Shown: positions 1 through 12,938 of the stretch, piece by piece
Layout of the letters: the number at the start of each line of letters is the position of its first letter
Numbering within the stretch: position 1 is the first letter of the stretch
Notes under the pieces: generated by a model
What the model was told of the DNA's origin: nothing
Database searches by the model: none
Seen by the model: only the letters and a program-made list of their open reading frames with translations
NCBI GenBank assembly: GCA_024679065.1
Contig: JAGIQG010000023.1
Location: 10,230,001 to 10,294,000 of the forward strand
Source of the DNA: Sphyrna mokarran
Taxonomy: Eukaryota
DNA: 64,000 nucleotides
Direction of reading: 5' to 3'
Position numbers and translations under genes: made by a program

Positions 1-157
1 TCTCCCTCATGTTAAGAGATTATTGCTCATTGAATTGACTCTGAAGATTGCAGAGTTAACAACCACTCAAGGAGGACATGCTCAAGTTTGCGATTGTTTC
101 TATTAACAAAATTAGAACTGATGAAATGTAGTTTTATGATATTTTGTTGATGACTTT

Positions 158-525
158 GTTTCATAGAATCCCTACAGTGTACAAGTAGGCTATTTGGCCT
201 ATCAGGTTTGCACCAGCTCTCTGACAGAGCTAACCAGTTCCTACCTCCGTAACCCCACATATTCACCTTGTTAATTTTCTTAATCTGTACACCTTGGTAT
301 ACCAAGGGCCAATTTACCCTGCTAATCTCTATTATTCTAAGGGGCAATTAAGCATAGGCAATCAACCGCAGAACACATCTTGGAGTGTCAGAGGAAAGCG
401 AAGCACCCGGAGGAAGTCCACACAGGCACAAGGAAGACATGCAAACTCCACACATAGTCAGCCGAGGCCAATATTGATCCCAGATCCTTGGTGCAATGAG
501 ATAGCAGTGATCACCACTGTGCCAT
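158..525 (-). mobile_element. tRNA-derived SINE (HE1-like); paralogous copy at ~41078-41435
   Basis: Reverse strand reads TGGCACAGTGG..CACTGCT (A box), a gtgtggagtttgca body and a CR1-like 3' tail. Confidence 0.75.
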
Positions 526-2223
526 TCAATCACTGGTCCGTGATTGGTCTACTTCGATGTTCCAAGATGTAATTATTTTATTTTCATTCCTTGACATTTC
601 ACAAAAGTAAATTTAAATTGTCACGCCAGCCCCATACTAAACTGATGTTATTATACTGGCTGTAATGGAACTTTTGATTCATACTGCCACCTCTCCTCCT
701 CAAGATGAACATTAGAAATAGGAGCAGGAGTTGGCCATTTGTCCCTTTGAGCTAGCTCCATCATTCAGCAACATCCTGACTGATCTCCACTCTCAATTCT
801 TATATCCCGCACTATCCCCACATTCCTCAATTATGTTGATGCCAAACAATTATATAAATCTCTGTGTTTAATATCCTTCAAGACTGAATATCTAAAGCTC
901 TCTGGGGTGGAGAATTCCAAAGATTCGCAACACCTTGAGTGAATGAAAATCTCCTCATCACATCTTTTGTGTCTGTCACTTTGTTCTGAGACTGTGATCT
1001 TGTGTTGCAGAATGCCCAACCCTGGTAGTGTAGCACATATATGCTCAAAATGTACCCTGTCAAGCTCCTTAAGGATTTTGCACATTTCAATTCAATCACC
1101 CCTGATTGTTCCAACAGACAGGGAATATGCACCTTGCAGACTCAATTGTTCCCATCCCATCCCCTTATTCCAGGAACCAGCCTTGGTTATCTCCATTGCA
1201 CTTTAGCCTGAGTAATGTGTCATTCCTGCTGCATTGACCTGTGGGGCAGACTGAGGCCCAGATTGCCGTCCCTGGGCCGTGTTCACTGAGTCGGGAAAGG
1301 CAATAAACAATGAGTTGGGATGGGCAACCCAGGAACAAATCCATAGGCTGCTCAGCCCGGAGGCGAGCTGGACACAAGGCCTGTTTCTGTGCCCCAGCGC
1401 CATGGTTAATAAATAAGATAATTTAAACTACCAAATAATCACTCCAGCCCTGACAACTCACCAGAGTTTGTCCCAAAGAGTAACTTTCCTCTCCCAAAGA
1501 ATAACTTTCCCCTGTCAAACAGTAACTTCCATTCCCAGAAGGTATACCCTGACTGTCCAGAAGAATCCACCAAGTTCAAACTTTCTCTTAACTATTCTAA
1601 TCTGCACATTCTGGATTCCACACTCCTGATTATACAAAATCCCACTTCTGTCGAGGCAGATGATGAATTTAATGACAATCCACCTCTACAAATCACGAAT
1701 GCCAACCCAATTCCTGTCCCATTCCCAATCTCAGAGCTTTAAAATTCCAGCCATTCTCAGATTTTCTCCATGACAGGGACCTTTCAGACCTGGATGTGAA
1801 ATTAACCTTTCAACTGAAAGTCATCACCCAGCTCTGTGAACGTGACTGGGGGAGGAAAATCTGAGCCATCTCGTCCCTCAGTATTACACTGGAATGTTCC
1901 TGTAGATTTTATACTCCAGTCTCTGGAGTGGGACCTGACCCTGCAATCCACCCATTCAGAGGCACCAGTGCAAAGCTTGAGTGACAAGGTGACACAATAA
2001 AGTGGCCACTACACATTAACAAGAAATCATTGGCACTGAAGTACTTTAGCACCGACAGCACGGCTTTATATTCATGTTTTCATTCAGCACAAACGAGAAA
2101 GAGAATGATGAATACAGATATTGGAGAGTTCCCTCTGTAAGCAATGGTAAATCTTATTAAAATGTTTCTCTCTGCATTAAGCAGTTATTTACTTGGTCAA
2201 TTGCTGAAATGTTGTCTCTTCAG

Positions 2224-2544
2224 TTTCAGGTGCATTGTGGGCAGAAAAGAGAGTCACAGGAATTGTGGGAAGAGCGATCACAATAAATTGCAATTATACT
2301 GAACAATACAAAGAAAATGTGAAATATTGGTGTCAGGGTTGGAGTAACTTTTGCTCATATTTAGTGAGAACAAATGATTCAGATGGAAGGCAAGGGAGAA
2401 CATCGATCACAGATAACAAGGCACAAGGAATATTTGCTGTTACGATGGAGGATCTTCACTCAGGAGATGCAGGATGGTATCGCTGTGGAATTGTTACATC
2501 TGGCATCGATCCAAAGTTTACTGTGGAGCTGCAAATATCTCACG
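2224..2544 (+). CDS. Gene A exon: V-type Ig domain 1 (CD300/pIgR/MDIR-like)
   Basis: ctcttcag|TT TCA GGT GCA TTG TGG acceptor and CAC G|gtagat donor (phase 1/1). Translation ALWAEKRVTG..INCNY..KYWCQGWSNFC..DAGWYRCG has the canonical V Cys/Trp/DxGxYxC plus the extra C-C' Cys pair typical of CD300/pIgR/TREM V domains. Confidence 0.92.
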
Positions 2545-3179
2545 GTAGATTATTCTCAATGATTTTCTTTAGTACTGAAATGCCTGATCAATGTCCTTTC
2601 CATGAGGAAACATTGACAGCTCCGATATCCCGAGGCTCTGCAGCAATGCAGAGTCTGACAGCTGAGGGGCAGAGACCTGGAAATCTGACTGTTGTGACAC
2701 AAACTCAATTTGTGGCCTGTCCAACATTCTGATCAAAAACTTCAAACATTATTAGACTAATAATTCCTTTAACTATAGGATATTATGAAAGAAATTACCC
2801 ACCTGGCTTAGAATATTTTTCTGTTTCTGAAATGTATTAAATATCACACTGTCAGGTTTTTATAGTCGGCATCAATCTAATAGTCAGACATTAACAAAGT
2901 GAAGTGAGCAGCCAGTTGGTAGTTAATTGTATCTTGTTGGTTCAGCACTGAATGGTGGGGCTGTGGAGGAGCACAGAGCGATTAAATATACAGAAATTAA
3001 CAATATTGTGGGAAGCCAGTCAAATTCCCAACATCCGTATGTATCTGCAATGTGTCAGTTTGTGTTTCTTTCAAATAAACCAGTGAAAACTCAAGGTGAT
3101 GCTGACAGGTTAAAGGTTAACAAATTGGCAAATTTAACAATTAAATAATCCAATATGGAGGAAGTCCTTGAAAGAGATT

Positions 3180-3990
3180 AAAGAACAAAGAACAGGACAG
3201 CACAGGAACAGGCCCTTCGGCCCTCCAAGCCTGCACCAATCGCATTTACCGATCTAGATGAAGTGCTTATATACCTCTCTTCCCTGTTTGTTCATATGTC
3301 TGTCACGATAAGTCTGAAAGTGGCTAATGTATCTGCCTCAACCACCTCACTTGGCAGTGTGTTCCAGATCCCCACCCATCATCTGTATAAAAACATTCCT
3401 CTGCACATTTCTACCGAAACTTTCCCCCCGATCTTGAACTCTGCCCCTTTGTAATTGTCATTTCTGCCCTGGGGAAAGCTTCCAACTTATCTATAACTTC
3501 CATAATTTTATAAATTTCTATCAGGTTGTCTCTTAGCCTTCGTCTTTCTAAGGGAGAATAAACCCAAATCATTCAAATTCTCCTCATATTTAATCCCCTC
3601 CACATTAGGCAACATCCTGGTAAACATTATCTACAATATCTCCAAAGCCTCCACGTCATTCTGGTTGTGTTGTGACCTGAATTGGATATCGTATTCCAAA
3701 TGTTCCATATGATCATAAAAATCTCCATGGAAACTTTAAATACAGCTAATCTTTCTGCCTCACCCACCTCACTTGGTAGTCTGTTCCAGATCCCCACCAC
3801 GGCTGGTGTAAAAAAGTTCCCCTGAACATCTCCACTGAACCTCTCCCCACTTATCTTGAAATTGTAATTGTCATTTCTGCCCTGGGAAAACTTCCAACTG
3901 TTCACTTTATCCATAACTTTCATAATTTTGTAAACTTCTATCAGGTGGTCCTCAGCCTCCGTCTTTCCAGGGAGAATAATCCCAGTTCAA
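3180..3990 (-). mobile_element. CR1-type LINE 3' fragment, locally duplicated
   Basis: NFFTPAVVGIWNRLP motif and (aaagaac)n tail; single copy at ~44025-44550 in copy B. Confidence 0.8.
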
Positions 3991-4320
3991 AGAACAAAAA
4001 AGAACAAAGAATAAAACAGCACAGGAAACAGGCCCTTAGGCCCAACGAGCCCGCGCCGCCACCCCGATGTTCCCACCTCTACCTGTGGTCCCTGTCTATG
4101 TTTATAGATCTATGGATTAAAAACCAAATTTGAGACAATTTAGGGAGAATTTGTTTTGCCAATTAGCCTAAGAGCACACCTTTGGGATGTGGGAGGAAAC
4201 CGGAGCACCTGGAGAAAACCCACGCAAGCACGGGGAGAATGCGCAAACTCCCACAGACACAGGCCCAAATCCATGTATCTGCACAGCACAGCGATAGTCA
4301 CTGAGCTGTCGTGTTGCCCA
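3990..4320 (-). mobile_element. tRNA-derived SINE with CR1-like tail, specific to copy A
   Basis: gggaggaaaccggagcacc..gcaaactcc SINE core; absent from copy B. Confidence 0.65.
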
Positions 4321-4533
4321 TCAAATGGTCCAGGTCAAGCGTACACTAACGACGTGAAGCACTAGGATACTCTCGAAAAAAATCCAAGAGCAGCCCTTCC
4401 ACGACCCATCGCGTGTATGCCCCTTGTTAGACAACAAGGTGGACCAAAGCACCTGTAGGATAAAAACAAGTACATCAATATCATCATCTATTTACACACT
4501 TTCCAGGGACTCCCAAGGCTCATGATCCCTATT

Positions 4534-5390
4534 TTAAATCAGTTTTCTATACCCCTCCATTCCCATTCTGTTCATGTGCCCATCTAAGTATTTCTTAAAT
4601 AACTCCAGAGTGCCTGCCTCCACCACTTTACTTGGCAGTGCATTCCATACCCCCACCACCCTCTGTGTGAAAAAACTCTCTCTAGCATCCAAATTATACC
4701 TTACCCCCCTCACCCTAAGCCTGTGACCCCTCGTGCTATTTGAGTCCATCCTAGGAAAAAGCTTAACCCTGTTTACTCTATCCATACCCCTCATATCTTG
4801 TACACCTCTATTAGATCTCCTCTAAGTCTACGTCTTTCTAAGGAAAACAGTCCCAATTTGCCTAACCTCTCCTCGTAACTCAGACCTTCCATACCAGGCA
4901 GCATCCTGGTAAACCTCCTCTGCACTCTCTCCAGAGTCTCCACGTCCTTCCAGTAGTAAGGTGACCAGAACTGGATGCAGTATTGTAAATGAGGTCTAAC
5001 TGTTTTATACAACTGCAACATTAAAGGCCAGCTCTTGTAATCTATACTCCTTCTTATAAAGGCTAGCATACTATATGCTTTCTACAACCTTCTCCACCTG
5101 CTCTGCCACCTTCAGAGACTTGTGCACCTGCACCCCTAGGTCCCTCTGTGTTTCTATACTCTTAATAGGTCTACCCTTTATCATATACCTTCCTCCTACA
5201 TTCTTTCTCCTAAAATGCATCACCTCGCATTTATCAGGATTGAATTCCATCTACCATCCGCCCAAGCTATCAGCCTATCTATGACCTGCTGCATCGCCTG
5301 ACAATGCTCCTCACTATCCGCAAGTCCAGCCATCTTTGAATTGTCCGCAAACTTGCTGATCACTCCACTTACTCCCTCTTCCAAGTCATT
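4534..5390 (-). mobile_element. CR1 LINE RT 3' fragment, specific to copy A
   Basis: KFADNSK; LYKTVRPHLQYCIQFWSP..LERVQRRFTRM; FFTQRVVGVWNALP. Confidence 0.9.
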
Positions 5391-6255
5391 CTCATTCAAA
5401 TTCTCCTCATAGTTAATACCCTCCACATTCGGCAACATCTTGGTAAATCTTTTCTGCAATCTCTCCAAAGCCTCCACATCCTTCTGATTGTGTTGTGACC
5501 AGAATTAGACACCATATTCCAAATGTTCCATATGATCGTAAAAATCTCCATGGAAACTTTAAATATGTCAATCAGTGCGTGATCAAACCTTTCCCCCCAC
5601 CCCGTGATCAGTTTCAGTCTATTAATCGTTCAGTGAATTCGTGGAATCTACCTGTGGCTGAAGAAGTGACTGGGAAAGATGCCAAGAAGCATTGGAACCT
5701 TACTGTTTATTTCTAGCCGGATTGTGTGAAAGGTTTAATATCAGTATTTACAGAGTGCTAACTTTCACAACAGTGTTAGGAATGTGTATTTCTGGGTGAC
5801 ATTTTGGCGATTGTGTCTATCAGATCAGCATGAGTGGTTCTCAGGCTGTTTTATTTTGGGCTCAGATGAAGATCAATACCATCAAGAGCAGCAACTGCCT
5901 CCTCCGCATAGAGCCTGAGCTCCACAAGACAAAAGAATGAACAGAGACAAGCAGCTCGCTGACAGGCAATCTCACAACACAGGGAGTACACGTTTCCTGT
6001 TCTGCTTCTTGATGTGAAGCTCCAGTGTCTGAAGAGGCTCATTTGACAACATCCAGAACGCTTCTCCGACACAGATTGATTCCATCTGAAATGTGGTCAG
6101 CAGTTCCAAATCCCACTGGAGAGACGACCAGTTGTAGTGCTGTGTGGACCACTGCACACACACCAATCTGTCACTGCAGATATTGGCGATGAGCACTGGC
6201 CCCCTCACCATAGGACTCCCAGCTCCCCGTCACCATCCGACCACTGGCCTACCAA

Positions 6256-6409
6256 AGAGGGAGAATGTTGATCACAGATAACAAGACACAAGGAATATTT
6301 TTTGTTACTATGGAAGATCTTTGCCCAGAAGATGCAAGATGATACAGCTGTTGGATTGATAAGCCCAGTTTCCTTTCAATATTTCCTATAAAGCTACAAA
6401 TATCTGACA
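6256..6409 (+). pseudogene. Gene A pseudo-exon: 3' half of a V2-type domain
   Basis: RGRMLITDNKTQGIFFVTMEDLCPEDAR*YSCWIDKPSFLSIFPIKLQISD. TGA replaces the Trp of GWY; the 5' half and acceptor are missing. Confidence 0.88.
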
Positions 6410-7590
6410 GTATATTGTTCTCAGAGATTACTTTTATTATTCTCAACTGGAATGACTGATTGGTGCTTTATCTGGCAGGAGAAGCTCCGCAGCAGTGATG
6501 AGTCTGGTAGCTAGAGGGCAGTTAGAACAATGATTATGTTGGAGGAATTGTAATTCAGAGGCTCAGAGTATTGATCCAGAGAGATGGGAGCAGATTTATT
6601 GCACCTTGGGCCACACTCTCCTGATTAACAAATTGGCAAAAACCTCACCAATGCTCCCGATGCCTGGAGAATAGACCTTGATCACTTCCCGAATATTCAC
6701 CAGATACTCACCAACAGTTCACTTCTCCTGTAATAAATTCCTTCAGCTCATTGAACTTCCACACTTGGGTGAAGTCAGAAACAAAAACAAAAGGTCTTAA
6801 TACAAAAAGAGCAGTTCAAGCCAGTTTCCCCAATTAACTATTTCAGTTGCTGCAAGCTGATAATTTCTATCTCCCAAATCATGTCCTTTGGATGATACTT
6901 GCATCGGAATTTTACTGCCTTGTCCGGAAATGTCTGCTGCTGACCTTGGGTGGGATTTTCCAGTCTTGGTCATCTGACGCCATAAAACCCCACCCTAGAC
7001 TGGAAACAGTACTCATACCTAAATGCTAAATGGTACTGACTGTAAAATGTTAAGTATAAATGCAAACAATGGCTGGAATTCATCAAACTCGTCCGCAGCT
7101 GGAATTATCCAGTCCTGCTGCTGTGACTGGAGATTTGGCTGAGCGCCAAATTCCCTACTCTAATTAGTAGCTGGGGAGGATCGCTCAATATCAGTGAATT
7201 CAGGTCAAAATTAGATTTTTAGAAGCGTATTTAAGTCTTTGTTATCTCAGCAAAGATCCACAGTTTATCTCAGTTCACACTGCAATGCTTGTTACTAACT
7301 AATTTGTTATCATGTATATATGCTGTTCATGACAGCATTAAATAGATACGACCGCATTTGGCCAAGCTCCCACTGCCATCTCTCTCTCTCTTTCTATCAT
7401 TTTCCGTTCCTCTTGATACACTGGATGAGGTATAGAAATATTGGGAATATGAAGCTATTTAGTCATTTTCAAATTCAAACTTTTAAAGTTTAAGCTCAAA
7501 CATTTTTTTTAGTTTGTATCACAAATAGATTTACATTAACACTGTAACGAAGTTGGTGTGAAAATCTGATAATGATTTTTATTTTCACAG

Positions 7591-7905
7591 AATCTGTATC
7601 TGTTCCTGTGCTTAGATTTCTATCACCACCAAATGCCTGGGGCTCAGTGTCTATCTCCTGTGAGTCTGTCCAGGGATCACTTCCCATTCAGTACACATGG
7701 TATGAAAAGACTCCATCTGAAGATTCAAAGATCTCTGACACCAATAAACTGGATCTACATTGTCAATCCTTCACACAGCGACATCATCAATATTACTGCA
7801 CAGCCTCAAATAACCAGGGAGACAAATCCAGTGAAATGGTTATTGTGTTAGTGATGAACATTTCAGAGAATGATTGCAGTTATGTGACACAATTCAGCAA
7901 CAGTG
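7591..7905 (+). CDS. Gene A exon: C2/I-type Ig domain a
   Basis: ttttcacag|AA TCT GTA ... AGT G|gtaaat (phase 1/1); VSISCES..YTWY..QYYCTASN motif. Confidence 0.9.
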
Positions 7906-8572
7906 GTAAATCTCTCTTTCAACTTCAGAAATCCAATTAAATTTTAAATTAATGTCTGTCAGAATTGCTCACGGGTTTAGTTCTATTGATCATTCAAAGC
8001 AATTTTTGTAAAAACAGAATTACATTTATTTTTCACTTTTCATAACTTCAGGACAGTTTTAATGTCAGTTCTGGTCAAAGCTGGAACTGATTCAGGGCCA
8101 TTGTTGTGATGTCGGAAGCTCAGCGCCAATTTATAAGCAATGAGCTCCCTCAAATAGCAACGTGATCATGAACAGACAATCTGCTGTCTGACAATTATTG
8201 TTTAAGAATGCAATGACTCCTGGAGGCGGATGTGAAGAAATCTTGCTTGCATTGTACAAATGATAATAAACAATAATACACACCTGTGGTGAACACAAAA
8301 AGCCCGAACCAGGACTCAAATATTCTTAAAGTTTCTCAAGGTCTTGCTTTATAAAGGGCTCAGTATATAATCTCAATACGGTTGTTTAATTATCAATCTG
8401 TGGGGAGCACACATTCAATGAGCCCAATGATCTCAAACAAGAAAGTTTTCAATGGCATTATATGATGTGTTTCAGAGATTTCTCTGAACACAGTGGTGTA
8501 TCCTAGTGAAAATACATCTGTTTCTATTAAACAATTATTTTCAGTTCAATTTTTGACCTGTTGCCTTTTCAG

Positions 8573-8905
8573 CTCCGAGTGCATTGTGGGCAAAAAATAA
8601 TATAACAGGAGTTTTGGGAAGAGCGATCGCTATTGATTGTCACTATGACAAATTGTCCCAGTCACATGTGAAATATTGGAGTCACCAGTGCTCTGTGTCA
8701 AAACAGAGTCAGTGCTCTGTTTTGGTAAAATCAGATGATCCAGATGGACGGCGAGGGAGAATGTCAATCACAGATAAGAAGACACAAGGATTATTTGTTG
8801 TTACTATGGAGGATCTTCGCCCAGGAGATGCAGGATGGTACACCTGTGGTATTTCTAAGTCCGGCCTCCTTTCACTATTTCCTGTAAATCTACAAATATC
8901 TGATG
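8573..8905 (+). CDS. Gene A exon: V-type Ig domain 2
   Basis: ccttttcag|CT CCG AGT GCA TTG TGG ... GAT G|gtaaat; IDCHY..KYW..DAGWYTCG. Confidence 0.9.
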
Positions 8906-9958
8906 GTAAATTGTTCTCAGTGATTATCTTTATTACTCTTGACTGAAATGTCTGATTGGTGCTTTATCTGGGAGGAGACATTGACAGCTCCGACGGCTGG
9001 AGGCTCCGCAGCAGTGCAGAGTCTGGCAGCTAGAGAGCAGTTAGAACAATGATTATGTCGGAGGAATTGTAATTCAGAGGCTCAGAGTAATGATTCAGAG
9101 AGATGAGGTTAGATTTATTGCACCTTGGACCATGCTGTCCTGGATAACAAGTTGGCAAGGACCCCCATCCATGCTCCCAATACCTGGACATTAGGCCTTC
9201 ACCACTTCCCGAATACTCACCAGATACTCACTAACAGCTCATTTCCTCTCCTGTAATAAATTCTTTCAGCTCATTAATCCTCCACACTCTGGTGAAGTCA
9301 GTGTCCAGTGTTGGTTGCAGTGAGAATGTCCAATTTTACATGTTTAAAAACAAAAGGACTCAGCTCAAAGAGAGCAGTTCAAGCCAATTTCCTCAATTAA
9401 CTGTTTCAGTTGCTGCCAGCTGATAGCTTCTATCTCCCAGCTCATGTTCTTTGGATGATACTTTGAAAATTTACTGCCTTGCCCGCTATGGTATTGGAGT
9501 GGGTGTGGGGCCGACAACAGAAATGTCTGTTGACTCTGGGTGGGATTTTCCAGTCTCGCTCATTCGAGGTCATAAAACCTCAGCCTAGAATTGAAACAGT
9601 ATTCACACCTTAATGTTAATGCTACTTATTGTTGAATGTTGGATACAAATACAAACAATGGCTGGAGTTCAGCAACATTATCCGCAGCTGGAATCCTCCA
9701 GTCCTGCTGCTGTGAATGAAGATTTGGCTGAGCGCCAAATTCCCTACTCTAACTGGCAATGGAGGCACCTCGTTTGATATCAGAGAATTCAGGTCAAGAC
9801 TAGATTTTATAAAAGATATTTATGTCTGTGTTATCTCAGCAAACATCTCACATCACACTCCAATTCTTGTCACTAATTAATCTACTATTATGAATACCTG
9901 CTGTCCATGAGAGCAATCAATAGATACTATCTGCATTCAGCCACGCTTCCACTGCCAT

Positions 9959-9986
9959 TTCTCTCTCTCTCTCTCTCTCTCTCTCT
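9959..9986. repeat. (CT)n microsatellite
   Basis: Direct reading; a shorter version sits at the paralogous position ~7379-7392. Confidence 0.9.
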
Positions 9987-10191
9987 AACACTTTCCTTTC
10001 CTCCTCACATCCTGAATGTGATGTTGAAATATTGGTAATCTGAAACAATTTAACTTTTTGGTCATTCTAAAGTTTAAACATTTAAAGTTTGAAGTTAGAG
10101 GTTTTTTTTACTTAGTATCACAAGTGGGCTTACATTAACACTGCAATGAAGCTACTGTGAAAATCCTTTCATGATTGTCTTTTGCCCACAG

Positions 10192-10515
10192 AACCCGTAT
10201 CTGTTCCTGTGCTTAGATTTTTATCACCACCAAATGCCTCATGTTCTGGGGGTTCAGTGTCTATCTCCTGTGACTCTGTCCAGGGATCACTTCCCATTCA
10301 GTACACATGGTATGAAAAGACCCCGTCTCAAGATTCAAAGATCTCTGACACCAATAAACTGGATCTACATTGTCAATCCTTCACACAGCAACATCATCAA
10401 TATTACTGCACAGCCTCAAATAACCAGGGAAACAAATCCAGTGAAATGGTTAATGTGTCAGTGATCAACAGATCAGGGGAGAATTGCAGTTATATGATGC
10501 AGATCAACAGCGTTG
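10192..10515 (+). CDS. Gene A exon: C2/I-type Ig domain b
   Basis: cccacag|AA CCC GTA ... GTT G|gtaagt; EPVSVPVL..ISCDS..YTWY..YYCTASN..ENCSY. Confidence 0.92.
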
Positions 10516-11194
10516 GTAAGTGATGGTGTAAATGTACAATGTGGTCACTAAAATATTTTGTTGTCATTTGCCTATTCTGATTGTTGGTTAACTTCCTAAT
10601 GTCTCTCTGAATGATTTGCAACTGACAAAATTCGCTCGTCTTTGTCCATCAACAATTCAGAGCAAAATACTGATAAAAATATTGATTGAAAATATCAGGA
10701 TCATAAGATATTCCCTAAACATGCGTAAATGTTGTGGTAATCCCATTAAAATTAAAGCAAACTTGACTGATAATATCTCCATTAACCATTCCTGTTCCCA
10801 TTTCTTGGAGATCAAATTGTGAAAAACAATCTTTACTTGATGTTTCTTGCTTTCGGATGAATGGTAAGGATAGAGAGCTGAAGAGTTGATGTAAAATGAC
10901 AACATCTTGAAAGATCTCACTTACGAAACGGAAGAATGTTTCCCATTTATTTTCACTGTCACCTGACTTCTCAAAGCTCTTTACAACCAATGAAATGCTT
11001 TCTGAAGCATTGTCGCTCTTGTGAGGCAGGGAACACAGCAGCCAATTTGCATACAGCAACTCAAAAGAATAAACTGAGAACCTGTTTTTGATTGAGGGAT
11101 AAATATTGCCGGGTGATTTGGGATAACGCTTCTGCATTTCTTCAGGAAATCGAGTGCCACAGATCTTATACATCCATAGTTTCATAGAATCCAT

Positions 11195-11510
11195 AGAATT
11201 CTACAGTGCAGAAGGTGACCATTTGGTGCATTGAGTCTCCGCCAACGATGATTCCATCCAGACCTTATCCCCATAACCCCATGCATTTACCCTAGCTGGT
11301 TTCCCCTGACACTAAAGGGCAATTTAGCTTGGCCAATCCATCTAACCCGCATGTCTTTGGAATATGGGCGGTAACTGGAGCTTCTGGAGGAAACCCACGC
11401 AGACACGGGGAGAATGTGCAAACTCCACACAGTCACCCGACATCAGATTTGAACCCGGGTCGCTGGCGCTGTGAGGCAGCAGTGCTGACCACTGTGCCAC
11501 CATGCTGCCC
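11195..11510 (-). mobile_element. HE1-like tRNA SINE nested in an older SINE
   Basis: MVAQWSALLPHSA-type head on the minus strand; catagaat tail. Confidence 0.8.
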
Positions 11511-12859
11511 ATAGAGCAAGCAGACTGGGGACTCAGTTCAACATCCCATCCAAAAGGCAGCATCTCCAACAGTGCAGCACTTCCTCAGTACTGCACAGGA
11601 GTGTCAGCTTTGATTTTTGAGTCCTAGAGTAGAGTTTGAGTATAGAATGTCTGATGCAGACACAAGAATGCTACCAACAGCTGACACCAGATAGCAGGCT
11701 GATTAGAACAGAAGGAAATGATCTGCTAGATATATTCAAAATTATTGGAAGCTTTGATTAGTTAATTGAGACTAATCATTTCCACTAGTAACTGAGTGAA
11801 TATTTGAGAGAATACATTAAGATCATTACAACAAGGAGAGCGGGAGAAGTTTGGAGATGCAAATGATTATTAAGATATGGATTACATTAGAACCAGGATC
11901 AATAATAGTTTTTATAAGGGAAAGCAAAAAAGGAGCAGACATTTCAGAGAATTTGGGGAAAAGACATGACAATGGGAGTGTCGCTGTCGACTCGATGGGC
12001 TAAATGGCCTCCTTGTGCATTGCATGGATTCTATGATTCTGAATGGCAAATTCTTTCATAGCGATGGAGGGCAACGGACCAAATTTCTTTCTTTGCCATA
12101 AAATTCTATCATCACAAAATGCTGCTTAAACTCTTAGAATTCCATGTTCTAAACATTAAATTACTCAGTGTTAACATAAACACTAACTATAGTTCGGAAT
12201 TAATGAGGACTTTAACCTGTTTGAATGTTTAATATGTGTCAGTGTCAGAAGGGGCTCAGTTGGTAGCAGCCTGATTTCTGAAACCAATGGGTTGTGAGTT
12301 CAAATTCTCCTTCCGAGAAAGGTGTTGATATCCCTGTACAGCACGGAGATTGTGCTCTGCTGTTGACAGTGCTATTGTCTGGTTGAACTGCTGACCTACA
12401 CGTCCTTTGAGCTAAATGTAAATGATTGTACGGCCCTCTTCTAGGAGGAATAGGCAAATTTTCCTGGTGCCTTACAGACCCTCATAACATTTAAGAATTA
12501 TTTAGATGTGCATTCGTGATGCCAATGCACACAAAGTTATGGATCATGTGTTGGAAAATGGGATTAGAATAGTCAGGTGGTTTGGCTTTGATGTGATGGG
12601 TGCTCCCTCCCTCACAGCACTGTGGATGTACCTACACCACAAGGACTGCAGTGGTTTAAGAGGCATCTCATGACCATCGCCTCAAGGGAAATTAGGGATG
12701 GGCAATAATTGCTGGGCTTAGCACTGACACTCACATCCCACGATGAGGTGCTCCCTCAACGAGGTTCTCCCTTAGGTCAAGGTGCCACTTGACAATGTGA
12801 CTCCCTTGGTTAACGACAATGAAAATGAGGCTGATCTGAATGTTGTTTTCTTGTTTCAG

Positions 12860-12938
12860 TTGGATCTGAAAATTCCTGTGAAGCTTTAACAGTATCGCCA
12901 ACACATTCCTCAACTCCAAACTCCAAACTTGCTGAAAG
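12860..12938 (+). CDS. Gene A exon: Ser/Thr/Pro-rich stalk (79 nt)
   Basis: ttgtttcag|..GAA AG|gtatgt; VGSENSCEALTVSPTHSSTPNSKLAES. Enters in phase 1 and exits in phase 2, exactly bridging the Ig exon and the TM exon; conserved in gene B. Confidence 0.85.

Noticed and set aside
2545-2732. ORF extensions past Ig exon donors (also after 7905, 8905, 43398, 46868 and 48197) as secreted isoforms
   Set aside because: These are intron read-through; lengths differ between paralogues and there is no supporting evidence without transcripts.
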